Of a stretch of 59,202 nt of DNA, positions 45,878 through 54,995 are shown piece after piece. Both the position numbers and the translations under genes were made by a program. The DNA comes from an uncultured Chitinophagales bacterium. Its GTDB lineage: Bacteria > Bacteroidota > Ignavibacteria > UBA10030 > UBA6906. The DNA is taken from contig CAYUFU010000010.1 in the NCBI GenBank assembly GCA_964444145.1, positions 1 through 59,202 of the forward strand. The letters run 5' to 3'. The number at the start of each line of letters is the position of its first letter. The stretch's first letter is position 1. Under the pieces are notes generated by a model. That model saw only the letters and a list, made by a program, of their open reading frames with translations. It searched no databases and had not been told where the DNA came from.

Positions 45878-47311
45878 TTAGTGAGAAGTTCTTCTCCCAT
45901 GCAGGATTTTTACAAACGAACGGCTGCGCAACTCCTCAAGTGTCAATCCCGTCGCAAGCGCTTCGGCTTCCGTGATAGCACGGCAGCTTATGCCGCGAAG
46001 GAAATAATTGAGCAATCCTTGCCCCGTTGCCGCATCGTCGAATACGTTGCCGATAAGTGTAGCTTGCGCGGCTTTCTCCATGAACGACCTGAGGCGAAGC
46101 GTTGCAAGTTCGAGTCCTTCGAGGAAGAACGCATACACGGCGGCATACCGCACGCATAGTTGCGCCGGATGTAAATCCCATCCTTGATAGATGCCGTGTC
46201 GAAGTGAGTGCATCGTATCGTCGAAGGCAAGTTTCCATGCGCGGTGAACTGCGGCTTTGTTTTCCGCGAGCTGTTTCATGCTGAGTCGCTTGCCCTCTTT
46301 CGTGCGGTGGGGACCAACGGGCATGATGTTGGTTGCGCCATCGGAAATGCTGACGCCCGTTTGCGCGAGAGCGACTTTCATCATATGGCGCGCAAAGTCG
46401 CACGCTGGGTGCCGCATCGCCTGATGCGCTGCCGTGATTTCGCACAGCGCAGTATAATCGTACACGCCGAAATGCGCGCCGACAATTCTCCCGCCGCCCG
46501 CGGCAATGAGAAGCGGGATATGCGATTCGCCGCGTGCGTTGAAAATACTTTGCGGCGTTTCGATCATCACCTCAAGTTTCAGTGAGCCGGGTGCAAGCCC
46601 GGTTTTCGATTCCAAAAGGCTGCACAGCTCGACCACTGCAACAACGTGGTGCGGAATCGTCACTTTCGGAATCGTGATGACGAAATTCGGCGGGAGAGAC
46701 CCGCCTGTTGCCTGAACGAGCGATGTCACGAACAACTCCATGGTCCGAAAGCTTCGGGCTTTCAGCTCTTCGGTCAGCGGCTTGATCCGGATGCCGATGA
46801 ACGGGGGGAGTGTTCCCTCGCGCATTCCTTTTGCCACTTCTTGCGCGCAGAACTCCGCATGATAATCTTCTTCTGCATCATCGCGATTGCCGTAGCCGTC
46901 TTCAAAATCAATTCTAAAATCTTCCACAGGTTCGGCGTTCAGCTTCTCGATAACGCGCCTGTAGATTGTATACGATAGCCATGCGTTGCGGTTCTTCGCT
47001 TTCACCAGATCAGGATTCTTCTTGAGATGATTTGTCAGTGAGGCGATTCGTGTTTTGGGTCTCGGTAGGGATTCATACCCATGCAAGTGAACTGCTCGTG
47101 CAAACTCGACGAACGTCGGCGCGTACTCGCGCAGCGCGTTCAAGCCAACCTCTCCCAGCTTCCTCGCTGTATCGAACTTGAATATCTGCGCGCCGCCGTA
47201 CACCGTGTGCACCGGTTGGCGCGCTCCGGTATCGCCCGGATACCCTTTCGCGAAAGCGTGATTCGGTTCGGAGAGAGTATCTAAAATAGTTTTCGCCATT
47301 GTAGAAGTCAT
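45878..47311 (-). CDS. CitE/HpcH-like TIM-barrel lyase (DUF6986-like)
   Basis: RQPVHTVYGGA, DFRIDFEDGYG, GIRIK, EVMIETPQS, AHFGVYDYTA, YQGWDLHPAQL. Confidence 0.75.
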   Translation of the reverse strand: MTSTMAKTILDTLSEPNHAFAKGYPGDTGARQPVHTVYGGAQIFKFDTARKLGEVGLNALREYAPTFVEFARAVHLHGYESLPRPKTRIASLTNHLKKNPDLVKAKNRNAWLSYTIYRRVIEKLNAEPVEDFRIDFEDGYGNRDDAEEDYHAEFCAQEVAKGMREGTLPPFIGIRIKPLTEELKARSFRTMELFVTSLVQATGGSLPPNFVITIPKVTIPHHVVAVVELCSLLESKTGLAPGSLKLEVMIETPQSIFNARGESHIPLLIAAGGGRIVGAHFGVYDYTALCEITAAHQAMRHPACDFARHMMKVALAQTGVSISDGATNIMPVGPHRTKEGKRLSMKQLAENKAAVHRAWKLAFDDTMHSLRHGIYQGWDLHPAQLCVRYAAVYAFFLEGLELATLRLRSFMEKAAQATLIGNVFDDAATGQGLLNYFLRGISCRAITEAEALATGLTLEELRSRSFVKILHGRRTSH

Positions 47312-47438
47312 GCAGTGTAGCCAGTTGTTCGGGTTCGAGCTTCGGTTTTCAACGTTCGGTATGCAGCCTCGGTTATGTCAGGGGTGTTGGGATTGCGAAC
47401 GACAGTGCAATCTCGACATCCGTCATCCGAAAGCACCA

Positions 47439-48779
47439 TCATCCTTCCTTTTCCAAATTTCCATCCCATAAGTACTGTTTTGTCTCGGCGGCGATGACGC
47501 GATTCAACACGATGAGCGAGATCAGATTCGGAATTGCCATCAGCCCGTTGGCAATATCGGCGAACGACCACACCGCGCCGAGCGAGAGCACCGACCCAAG
47601 CATGATGGCGATGACCCACAGCCAGCGATAGGGAGCAATGATGCGCGAGCCGAACAGATACTCCGCCGCCTTCTCACCGTAATACGACCATCCGAGAATT
47701 GTTGAAAACACAAATGTCAAAAGTCCGACGGTGAGCACGAGCGGGCCGATGATCGGAATCTCCTCGAACGCAGTTTTGGTCAGTGCTGCGCCCCTCATGC
47801 CCGACATCCACTTACCAGAGTTGACCAGCACAAGTCCCGTCATTGCGCAGACGACAACCGTGTCCCAAAATGTTCCCGTTGACGAAACGAGCGCCTGGCG
47901 AATTGGATTTTTCGTTTGTGCCGCGGCGGCGACGATCGGCGCACTGCCGAGTCCGGATTCGTTGGAAAATAAGCCCCGTGCGACGCCGTAGCGAATGGCT
48001 TCCTTCATGCCGGCGCCGAGGAACCCCCCGATCGCAGCTTGTCCGCTGAACGCGCTCGTGATGATAAGGGTGAGCGTGTTCGGTATCTCTGCCGCATTCA
48101 TCGCAAGCAAGACTGCACAACCGAGCATATAAAAAAAAGCCATGAACGGAACAAGCTTCTCACATACGTTCGCAATCGATTTGATCCCGCCGAGAATGAC
48201 GACGGCAGTCAGCACAGTCATCGCAATGCCCGTTATCCACGGCGCAATGCTAAATGTTTCCTGCACCATCTGCGAGATCGAATTAGCCTGCACCATGTTG
48301 CCGATGCCGAACGCAGAAATTGCCGTGAGCGCAGCAAACACAACACCAAGCCATTTCGCGTTCATCCCGCGCTCGAGCACGTACATCGGCCCGCCTGCCA
48401 TCAAGCCGTTCGCCGTCTTGACACGATACTTCACCGAGAGCAACGCCTCCGCGTACTTTGTCGCGATCCCGAAAACGCCACTGAGCCACATCCACAGCAC
48501 CGCGCCCGGTCCGCCGGCCGCGACCGCTGTCGCAACGCCGACGATGTTACCCGTGCCGATCGTCGCCGCAAGCGCAGTCGTGAGCGCGCCGAATTGGCTC
48601 ACGTCGCCTTCGCCCTCCCTGCTGCGCTTGAGGGAGAGCTTGATCGCCTTGCCGATGTAACGCTGAATAAACTTCAATCGGAACGTGAGAAAAACGTGCG
48701 TGCCGACGAGAAGTATCAACAGGGGATACCCCCACACAAAGTCCGCAACCGCGGCGAGGTAGCTTTCGAGTTGTTCCAT
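47439..48779 (-). CDS. Alanine/glycine:cation symporter (AGCS family)
   Basis: LAATIGTGNIVGVA, GGPGAVLWMW, GGPMY, RGLFSNESGLGS, FSTILGWSYYGE. Confidence 0.93.
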   Translation of the reverse strand: MEQLESYLAAVADFVWGYPLLILLVGTHVFLTFRLKFIQRYIGKAIKLSLKRSREGEGDVSQFGALTTALAATIGTGNIVGVATAVAAGGPGAVLWMWLSGVFGIATKYAEALLSVKYRVKTANGLMAGGPMYVLERGMNAKWLGVVFAALTAISAFGIGNMVQANSISQMVQETFSIAPWITGIAMTVLTAVVILGGIKSIANVCEKLVPFMAFFYMLGCAVLLAMNAAEIPNTLTLIITSAFSGQAAIGGFLGAGMKEAIRYGVARGLFSNESGLGSAPIVAAAAQTKNPIRQALVSSTGTFWDTVVVCAMTGLVLVNSGKWMSGMRGAALTKTAFEEIPIIGPLVLTVGLLTFVFSTILGWSYYGEKAAEYLFGSRIIAPYRWLWVIAIMLGSVLSLGAVWSFADIANGLMAIPNLISLIVLNRVIAAETKQYLWDGNLEKEG

Positions 48780-48907
48780 ACGGTCCCTCAACTATGAACG
48801 AAACAAAAAATTCGTCGAGTTTGGTGTACAAAGGCTAAGAAATCAATTCGTGGTTTATGTCGCACGGCACGGATTGAGGTTTGCGCCCTGTTCAAAGTTC
48901 CTCTATT

Positions 48908-49004
48908 GGGGCTGCAGACGGACTACAACGTCAAAACGGTACTCTGCGCCGCTGGTGAGCGGGCTACTTCGTGGTGAGTGCCGACGCACCCCCGCTCATG
49001 CCGC
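48908..49004 (-). repeat. Repeat family B, copy (97 nt) directly after the uraD stop
   Basis: Collinear conserved blocks with 55864-55960 and 2725-2864. Confidence 0.65.
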
Positions 49005-49008
49005 ACCA

Positions 49009-49515
49009 TCACCCAGCAAGGAGTTTCTCCAAGCGCAGCCGAGTAATTTTCGCCTGCTCTGCCGCCGCAATTCTGATTTCGATATTCGGAGCATTCGGCA
49101 ATCGCGAGTTCAGAATGGCAAGCATCTCTTCGGCAGACTTACCCGTCGCGCATACGATAAAGATATACCCGAACTTCTGCTCATACTGCCTGTTACCCTC
49201 TGCCAACGCCGCCAATGTTACTTCCGACGCCCGTTTCGCACCCGCTTGTTCCAATAAAGCCCAGTGCGCCGTGCTTACGAATTTCGTACGCAGCGCATCA
49301 ACGTCCCCGATTCTTGGATGATGGGAGAAGGCTTCCTTCCAGTCGGCTTCGGTCAAGCTCCACCAAATCTCATCAGCAACCTTGAGCATCGCTTCGACTG
49401 AAATGAAGGGACGACGCGCGAGCATGTGCTGAACCCACTGCATCGAGCCGCAACAGCGCGTGAACTCACTGATGAGTGCTGATTCAAAGAGTGAGTTTAG
49501 AGTGTTGAGCGTCAT
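49009..49515 (-). CDS. uraD: OHCU decarboxylase
   Basis: CCGS..WV..M..RRPF, EAFSHHPRIG, EQAG, NRQYEQKFGYIFIVCATGKS, EQAKITRLRL. Confidence 0.93.
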   Translation of the reverse strand: MTLNTLNSLFESALISEFTRCCGSMQWVQHMLARRPFISVEAMLKVADEIWWSLTEADWKEAFSHHPRIGDVDALRTKFVSTAHWALLEQAGAKRASEVTLAALAEGNRQYEQKFGYIFIVCATGKSAEEMLAILNSRLPNAPNIEIRIAAAEQAKITRLRLEKLLAG

Positions 49516-49577
49516 TCGTTCGAGCAATGAATTTTGTCATCCAATTTTCCCCCACCCTAAATCCCTCTCCATAAACT

Positions 49578-49641
49578 ACTCCATCACTCCATCACTCCAT
49601 CACTCCACCGATCCACTACTCCAACACTCCATTACTCCACT
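49578..49641. repeat. Tandem octamer array, 8 x ACTCCAYY-like (GATGGAGT-like on the mRNA strand)
   Basis: actccatc x3, actccacc, gatccact, actccaac, actccatt, actccact. Confidence 0.8.
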
Positions 49642-50651
49642 CACACAACTCTCCCCAACACGCGCAACCGACTCACGCCACCGTCGGGAAAAATATTCAG
49701 GCGCACGTGCGTACAAACAGGCAACGGCCTCAACTCAGCCTCGAAGAAATGCTGTTTGTCGGCTTCCAGTTTTGTCGGCGGCAAAATCTCGGTCCAGTGA
49801 AACTCTTGCCACGTCAGCGAGTCAACAATGGCATGGGGTGCATGCACACAATCAATCGAACAGCGGTCGGGATAGTTTCCTTTGAAGTGGTTCGTATCCA
49901 CTTCAATCTTCTGAATCGCTCCAGGTTTTCCGAGCTTGAGAATCACCCAATCGTTGCCGGGTCCGCGGCGGCGCTTTGTTTCCCAGCCGTCCCCCATGGT
50001 TGCCGCGCGCCCCGGCATGATGAGATGTTCCTTGTTGCCGAAAAACATATCGCTTGCCGCCACAACACTGCCGCCGTTGCCGATGAACGCAAGATCAATC
50101 ACCTTATCCTTTGGGACGGTGCTCCAATCCGGTACGACTTCGCCGAACACACGCAACCGCGCCACACCGCCATCGGGAAAAATGTTGAGGCGGATATGTG
50201 TCCAAGTGTTGCTACTTGCGACAGCGAAGAGATTCTGTGCGCCCGGGCGCAAGGGCGACTTCGGCAGAATCTCTTTCCAGGACTTCTCTTCGAATTGCTC
50301 GACGCTGATCGCCTCCGATACACCGCAAGCATCTATGGAAGCATACGCGGGATGGTTGCCGAGGAAGTGATTCGTGTCTATGTCAACGCCCCTGATGATT
50401 CCCGCGAAGCCGAGCTGGATGATGCACCAATCATGACCCTCTCCTCGCTTGCGTCGCGATTCCCACCCATCCATCCATTTGCCTCGGTCCGTGTATTTGT
50501 CCGGGATGAAAATGCCTCGGCCCGGCTTCAACAAATTCTCTTTCGCCGCAAAAAACTCGTCGCTTGCAAGCAACGCTCTACCGCCGAGGCGTTCGCTGGC
50601 GAGGTCAACGAGGCCCGAGAATGTTGCGGCTGGTTCAATGGCTGCGCTCAT
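49641..50651 (-). CDS. alc: Allantoicase
   Basis: Two repeats: SDEFFA..DGWESRRKR..DW and SDMFFG..DGWETKRRR..DW; IDTNHFLGN, RLNIFPDGGVARLR. Confidence 0.95.
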   Translation of the reverse strand: MSAAIEPAATFSGLVDLASERLGGRALLASDEFFAAKENLLKPGRGIFIPDKYTDRGKWMDGWESRRKRGEGHDWCIIQLGFAGIIRGVDIDTNHFLGNHPAYASIDACGVSEAISVEQFEEKSWKEILPKSPLRPGAQNLFAVASSNTWTHIRLNIFPDGGVARLRVFGEVVPDWSTVPKDKVIDLAFIGNGGSVVAASDMFFGNKEHLIMPGRAATMGDGWETKRRRGPGNDWVILKLGKPGAIQKIEVDTNHFKGNYPDRCSIDCVHAPHAIVDSLTWQEFHWTEILPPTKLEADKQHFFEAELRPLPVCTHVRLNIFPDGGVSRLRVLGRVV

Positions 50652-50715
50652 TGGTATCCTTACCTCTCCACCTCAGATGAGACTGTTGATGAGTGTGTTT
50701 GATTGAATCGAGAAA

Positions 50716-52062
50716 CTATACGCCGCCATTCTCTCTCATCAAGATTGTTCCCATGGGAGCAGTGAAGTCTTTACCGTCAAAAATCTTGTTTCCCCGGAGA
50801 TATGTCGCATGGAGTTTTCCGAACAGCCTTCGTCCTTCATACGGCGTGAGTGTGTGGCGATGATGAATAATAGGCGGTTCGACCACGAACGACTCGTCGG
50901 GATTCCACACAACAACATCGGCGTCGAAGCCGGGAGCGATTTTTCCTTTTCGCCTCTCAAGTCCGACGAGCTTCGCTGCATGTTCGGCGGTCCACCGTGC
51001 CAGATCGGCAATCTCACATCCCCGCTTGCGCGCTTCCGTCCACAGTATCGCCAAGCCGAATTGCAATGATGAAATTCCTCCCCACGCTTTCGCGAAATCA
51101 CCTTGCGCGAGCAATTTCAGTTCGGGCGGACAGGGCGAATGGTCGGAAGCGATGAAATCAAGAACGCCCTCACGCAGCGCGCTCCACAGCCGTTCGTTAT
51201 TCTCACGTTCTCGAATCGGGGGCGCGCATTTGAATCGCGTGTCGCCGTCGGGAATTTCCTCCGCATTGAAATACAAATAATGCGGACAAGTCTCGGCAGA
51301 AATCGGCACGCCCGCGGCTTTGGCTTCGCGCAGCAGCGGAATCGCTTCTGATGAAGATACGTGAACGATGTGAACTCTGCAACGGAATTCTTTGCACAGG
51401 CGAATCATCAGAGCAACGGCGTCATTTTCCCATTTGCGCGGGCGGGAGAGAAGATAGCGGCGATATGAACGCGAGCTCCAGAGTTGTGGTTCGAGGTCTG
51501 GGAGTTCGGCGTGAACAAGAAGCGGTAATCCGCTCTCCGCAAGTGTGGGCAACGCCCTGCGAAAATCACGTTCGGTTGTTGCAGGAAAATCATCAATGCC
51601 TGAGTGAATCATGAATGCCTTCACGCCGAGCACACCTGTAGTCAACAGCGGTGCTAACGTGCCCGCGTTTTCAGGAACGAGTCCGGCATGAAAACCGACA
51701 TCAACATGAAGCTGTGACTCCGTTGCCGCGAGTTTTGCCTTGAATGCGTCAACATTGGTCGTCACGGGCGAGCTGTTGAGCGGCATATCAACAAGCGTTG
51801 TTACGCCCCCAGCCGCGGCAGCACGCGTTGCGGTTGCGAATCCTTCCCACGCCGTTCGCCCCGGCTCGTTGATGTGAACGTGTGGGTCAACGAGTCCGGG
51901 CGACACGACCAACTCGCCCACATCCTCAATGTGCGCGCTCGAAGGGATACTGCGTGGTGACTCAGTGCGAAGAATTCTTCCATTCTCGACGACAATCGCC
52001 GCATCTCGTACGCCCTCAGGCGTAACGACGCGGCGACTGCGAAGAACAAATGATGGTTGCAT
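50716..52062 (-). CDS. allB: Allantoinase
   Basis: PGLVDPHVHINEPG, DMPLNSSP, LVHAE, HIVHVS, ETCPHYL, FKCAPPIR, ASDHSPCP, WGGISSLQ; start 52062 or 52089. Confidence 0.93.
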   Translation of the reverse strand: MQPSFVLRSRRVVTPEGVRDAAIVVENGRILRTESPRSIPSSAHIEDVGELVVSPGLVDPHVHINEPGRTAWEGFATATRAAAAGGVTTLVDMPLNSSPVTTNVDAFKAKLAATESQLHVDVGFHAGLVPENAGTLAPLLTTGVLGVKAFMIHSGIDDFPATTERDFRRALPTLAESGLPLLVHAELPDLEPQLWSSRSYRRYLLSRPRKWENDAVALMIRLCKEFRCRVHIVHVSSSEAIPLLREAKAAGVPISAETCPHYLYFNAEEIPDGDTRFKCAPPIRERENNERLWSALREGVLDFIASDHSPCPPELKLLAQGDFAKAWGGISSLQFGLAILWTEARKRGCEIADLARWTAEHAAKLVGLERRKGKIAPGFDADVVVWNPDESFVVEPPIIHHRHTLTPYEGRRLFGKLHATYLRGNKIFDGKDFTAPMGTILMRENGGV

Positions 52063-52268
52063 TAGAGATGCGAATTCCAATGTGACCAAACTTCATGTTC
52101 ATCCAAAGCTTCAGGACAGATTTCTTTACATCGGCGTTGCGGGCACTTTCGTATTGTGCGTTCAATGTGGAAGTAATGCTGCCGCTTCTCTTCGTTGACC
52201 GAGCGAACATGCTGCGCGTCTTCCGCTCTCAACGGCTCGATGGCGATCGCCGGCACGGAGGACTCGTG

Positions 52269-53261
52269 TTACTTGAGAGATGAGAAGGAAAGTGTCGCGT
52301 GAGCAGATGATGTATTGCATTGGACTTCCTGCTGTTTCACGGTGAGCTGCGCCGGCGTTGGCGATGAGCTGACGAGTTTTTTCCGCGCAACTTCTTTTCC
52401 ATGCTCGTTGACGATAAGAAGGTTGGGATTGCGATAGACGAGCTTGCCTTGGGGAAACTCGACGGTTTCGACAATGAGCGCGACGTATTGCGCTTTGCCG
52501 AGGAACCGTGCGCCCGTGATGACTTGATTGCTGCCCTCGGCAAACCATTGCACAGGTGTTCGTTTCACGCGCAGAGAGCCGAACAGCGCCTTCTCGCGCT
52601 CGACAAGGACGATATCGCTGCCTTCGGTAATGTCGGCGTGGCGGAAGAGAAATGAGAACGACGCAACCTGCTTGCCTGCGCGGTCGAATACTTCGGTAGC
52701 GCGAACAATGGTGTTACCCACCGTGTACGACCCTGAAGCCAGATACTGCCCGCCGCGCGAGAGAAATATCTCGCCTGCATGTGTGCCTTTGAGTTGAGCG
52801 CGCCACAGTTCATTCCCGCGAAGGTCCGTCATCAACACCGTTGCGCGTTCATGTGAAGTTGACGAAAAGAGGAACGCCGCCCGTTCACCCTCCAGCGAGC
52901 ATTTGATGTTCTGCTCATACTCGTGTGTGCGTGTGCCGAAGGGGAGCAGCGTGTTGGAGAGAACGCCTCGTGCATCGAAAAACTCTACGACACCCTCGAA
53001 TGAATGTACCACAATCGCTACCCCATTGTCTGCCAGTGCGAGGGAAGGGAACTGCACATCGAATGCGACATCTTTCACAATGCGGTAACGCTGCTTGCCC
53101 GACCTGTCAACGATGGTTGCCGTCCACGTGTTGTAGTCGCGCGCCGACTTCGCCCCTGTGCGAGTGTGTACGCGTGCAGCAAATTCCCCGTTGCGCGATT
53201 GCTGCCCAACCATCGGCGCCGCCACGAGCGCCGCAAGGAAGAAAAGGAACGTTCGTTTCAT
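52269..53261 (-). CDS. Hypothetical exported protein (beta-rich, possibly propeller-like)
   Basis: Signal peptide MKRTFLFFLAALVAAP; repeated short beta-strand/turn pattern; adjacent to the upstream ORF stop. Confidence 0.6.
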   Translation of the reverse strand: MKRTFLFFLAALVAAPMVGQQSRNGEFAARVHTRTGAKSARDYNTWTATIVDRSGKQRYRIVKDVAFDVQFPSLALADNGVAIVVHSFEGVVEFFDARGVLSNTLLPFGTRTHEYEQNIKCSLEGERAAFLFSSTSHERATVLMTDLRGNELWRAQLKGTHAGEIFLSRGGQYLASGSYTVGNTIVRATEVFDRAGKQVASFSFLFRHADITEGSDIVLVEREKALFGSLRVKRTPVQWFAEGSNQVITGARFLGKAQYVALIVETVEFPQGKLVYRNPNLLIVNEHGKEVARKKLVSSSPTPAQLTVKQQEVQCNTSSAHATLSFSSLK

Positions 53262-53741
53262 TTATTGGTCGCCAAAGCCGCGTCGGTCTTTCATGCGTTG
53301 CCGGACCGCGTCGCGCAATTCGGTTTCGAATCGCCGCTCGAAGAGCAGAAGTTTGGCGCGCTGCTGAACGGAAAGCAAATCGCTGAGGCTGCTGAAAAAA
53401 CGCAGCCTCTCTTCACCGATCTTCCGTGAGATTGCCTCGAGTTCCGGAAATACGTTCTCAAGCTCCTTCTCGTCGGCGTTGTTGCGGACGAGGCGTTCGA
53501 TCTTGTCCAATACTTCGTCGCGCCGCATATTGAGTTCGCGGCGTGTATTCTCGAATTCATTCAGCCGCGCAACGAAGCGCACGGATTGCTCTTCCTTCAG
53601 GTCGAGGAGTTCAATCATCCGCATCTTGCGAAAGCGCTCGATGCGCTCACGACCGGGACCATCCATCGGCGATCCGGGTTGCGCATGAAGCGCCATCGTC
53701 ATCAGCAGCATCGCGAACGTAACTACATGTCGTCGTTTCAT
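53262..53741 (-). CDS. Spy/CpxP-like periplasmic helical protein
   Basis: Signal peptide, LLDLKEEQ, LLSVQQRAKL, highly charged helices; in the ECF operon. Confidence 0.65.
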   Translation of the reverse strand: MKRRHVVTFAMLLMTMALHAQPGSPMDGPGRERIERFRKMRMIELLDLKEEQSVRFVARLNEFENTRRELNMRRDEVLDKIERLVRNNADEKELENVFPELEAISRKIGEERLRFFSSLSDLLSVQQRAKLLLFERRFETELRDAVRQRMKDRRGFGDQ

Positions 53742-53764
53742 TCGTCAATCTCCATGTTCAATGG

Positions 53765-54268
53765 TTACAGGTTCGTCGCCTTCGTTTCGAGAATGGAGGC
53801 GATCGTGTTCAACTGTTCGCTCGGAATCCTCTCCAGCAGTGACGATTCATCTTCGGAATTCACACAATACTCGGCAAGCTGTTCGGTCGAGACCTCGAAC
53901 ATATTCATCTCGTCGAGCTGTCCGTTTTCCCCGCTCTGCACGAGTGACGCAACAATGAGCGAGTCGAGCGCGCCTTGCGGTAATGTGTTTACGGCCTCGA
54001 CAACACTGGTTGTGCCGTTCCCGATCTCCGGCCTGTAATAGTGCAAGCCGATGAAGAAAAACAGAATCGCGACGACGCCCGGTACGGCTACGCGCGCAAG
54101 CCAACTGATCGAGAGCGCCTTGCCGCTTGTGACCCGGTCTATCGTCTCATTTGTTTTCACCATAAGGTTGGCAAAGTAGGTCGCAGATGGGACGACGCCT
54201 TCGCCTCCGTGCTCGGCCGCGAGCCGGCGGACTTCCGCCTCCAGCTCGTGTTCCTGCGCGTCGGTCAT
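53765..54268 (-). CDS. Putative transmembrane anti-sigma factor
   Basis: Directly downstream of ECF sigma; VPSATYFANL..., single TM (VAVPGVVAILFFFIGL); alternative start 54295. Confidence 0.55.
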   Translation of the reverse strand: MTDAQEHELEAEVRRLAAEHGGEGVVPSATYFANLMVKTNETIDRVTSGKALSISWLARVAVPGVVAILFFFIGLHYYRPEIGNGTTSVVEAVNTLPQGALDSLIVASLVQSGENGQLDEMNMFEVSTEQLAEYCVNSEDESSLLERIPSEQLNTIASILETKATNL

Positions 54269-54269
54269 T

Positions 54270-54833
54270 TCAATCTTGTCTCGTCTGAATCTCATCGTTA
54301 AGATACGCCTGTACTTTTCTCAATGCATGAAAATAATTCGCCTTCAACCCACCAACAGAAGTCTTCAGCACTTCCGAAATCTCTTCGTAACTCATCTCAT
54401 CATGATACCGCATCACGAACACTGCCCGCTGTTTTTCGGGCAGCAGTGCAATCGCCTTTTGCAATTTCGCCTCCGTTTCCTTCGCAACCAGCTCTTCGTG
54501 CGGATTCTCCTTCGCCGGCAGCACCGAAGAAATCAGCGGACTCTCGCGCAAGTAATTCATCACCTGCTGCTTGCGCACCACGTTCAGCGACAAATTGACG
54601 GCGATGCGATAGAGCCACGTGAAGAACGCCGAGTCGCCGCGAAAATCGCCGAGCGCTAAATACGCCTTCACGAACGTTTCCTGCGCTACATCATCAGCAT
54701 CTTCATGCGTGCCGACGATACGCCGCGCCGTCCAATACACGCGCTGTTGATAGCGCCGCATCAACTCCGTAAATGCCTGTCGTTTTCCGTTCCGTACCTC
54801 TTGAATAAGTTCGAGGTCGGTCAGTGCTTCCAT
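54270..54833 (-). CDS. ECF RNA polymerase sigma factor
   Basis: DADDVAQETFVKAY, FFTWLYRIAVN, LPEKQRAVFVMRY..MSYEEISE. Confidence 0.93.
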   Translation of the reverse strand: MEALTDLELIQEVRNGKRQAFTELMRRYQQRVYWTARRIVGTHEDADDVAQETFVKAYLALGDFRGDSAFFTWLYRIAVNLSLNVVRKQQVMNYLRESPLISSVLPAKENPHEELVAKETEAKLQKAIALLPEKQRAVFVMRYHDEMSYEEISEVLKTSVGGLKANYFHALRKVQAYLNDEIQTRQD

Positions 54834-54857
54834 TCAGCGTTCGTTCGTCTGAGAGTT

Positions 54858-54885
54858 AGACAGTGTTGCCACAACAAGTGTTTAA
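54858..54885 (-). promoter_or_regulatory. Possible autoregulatory ECF promoter
   Basis: AAAC...N-spacer...GTCTAA on the minus strand just upstream of the sigma gene, resembling the ECF AAC/GTC pattern. Confidence 0.3.
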
Positions 54886-54995
54886 TGTGCATGACGAGCA
54901 TGCCCCCGTGCCGCTGAGCCCCCGCAGCGTGCGCACCGAAAGCCCCTCAAGCCGGAATCCCCGGCGCCATCGCCATAGCTCGAATATCACCCTTG

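Noticed and set aside
48792-48905. Glycine riboswitch upstream of the AGCS symporter
   Set aside because: Expected from context, but GGAGA, CCGAAG and CTCTCAGG motifs are not present in order
48908-49004. Family B as a coding remnant (GLQTDYNVK / GLLTGYNVQ, like IS1182 transposase GYNVQ)
   Set aside because: Differences between copies fall at first and second codon positions and frames stop quickly, so no coding constraint is visible
54895-54990. GC-rich stretch as a further family B copy
   Set aside because: Only a weak GATGGCG..GGGG similarity; the diagnostic GTAG/CAGCCCC block is missing
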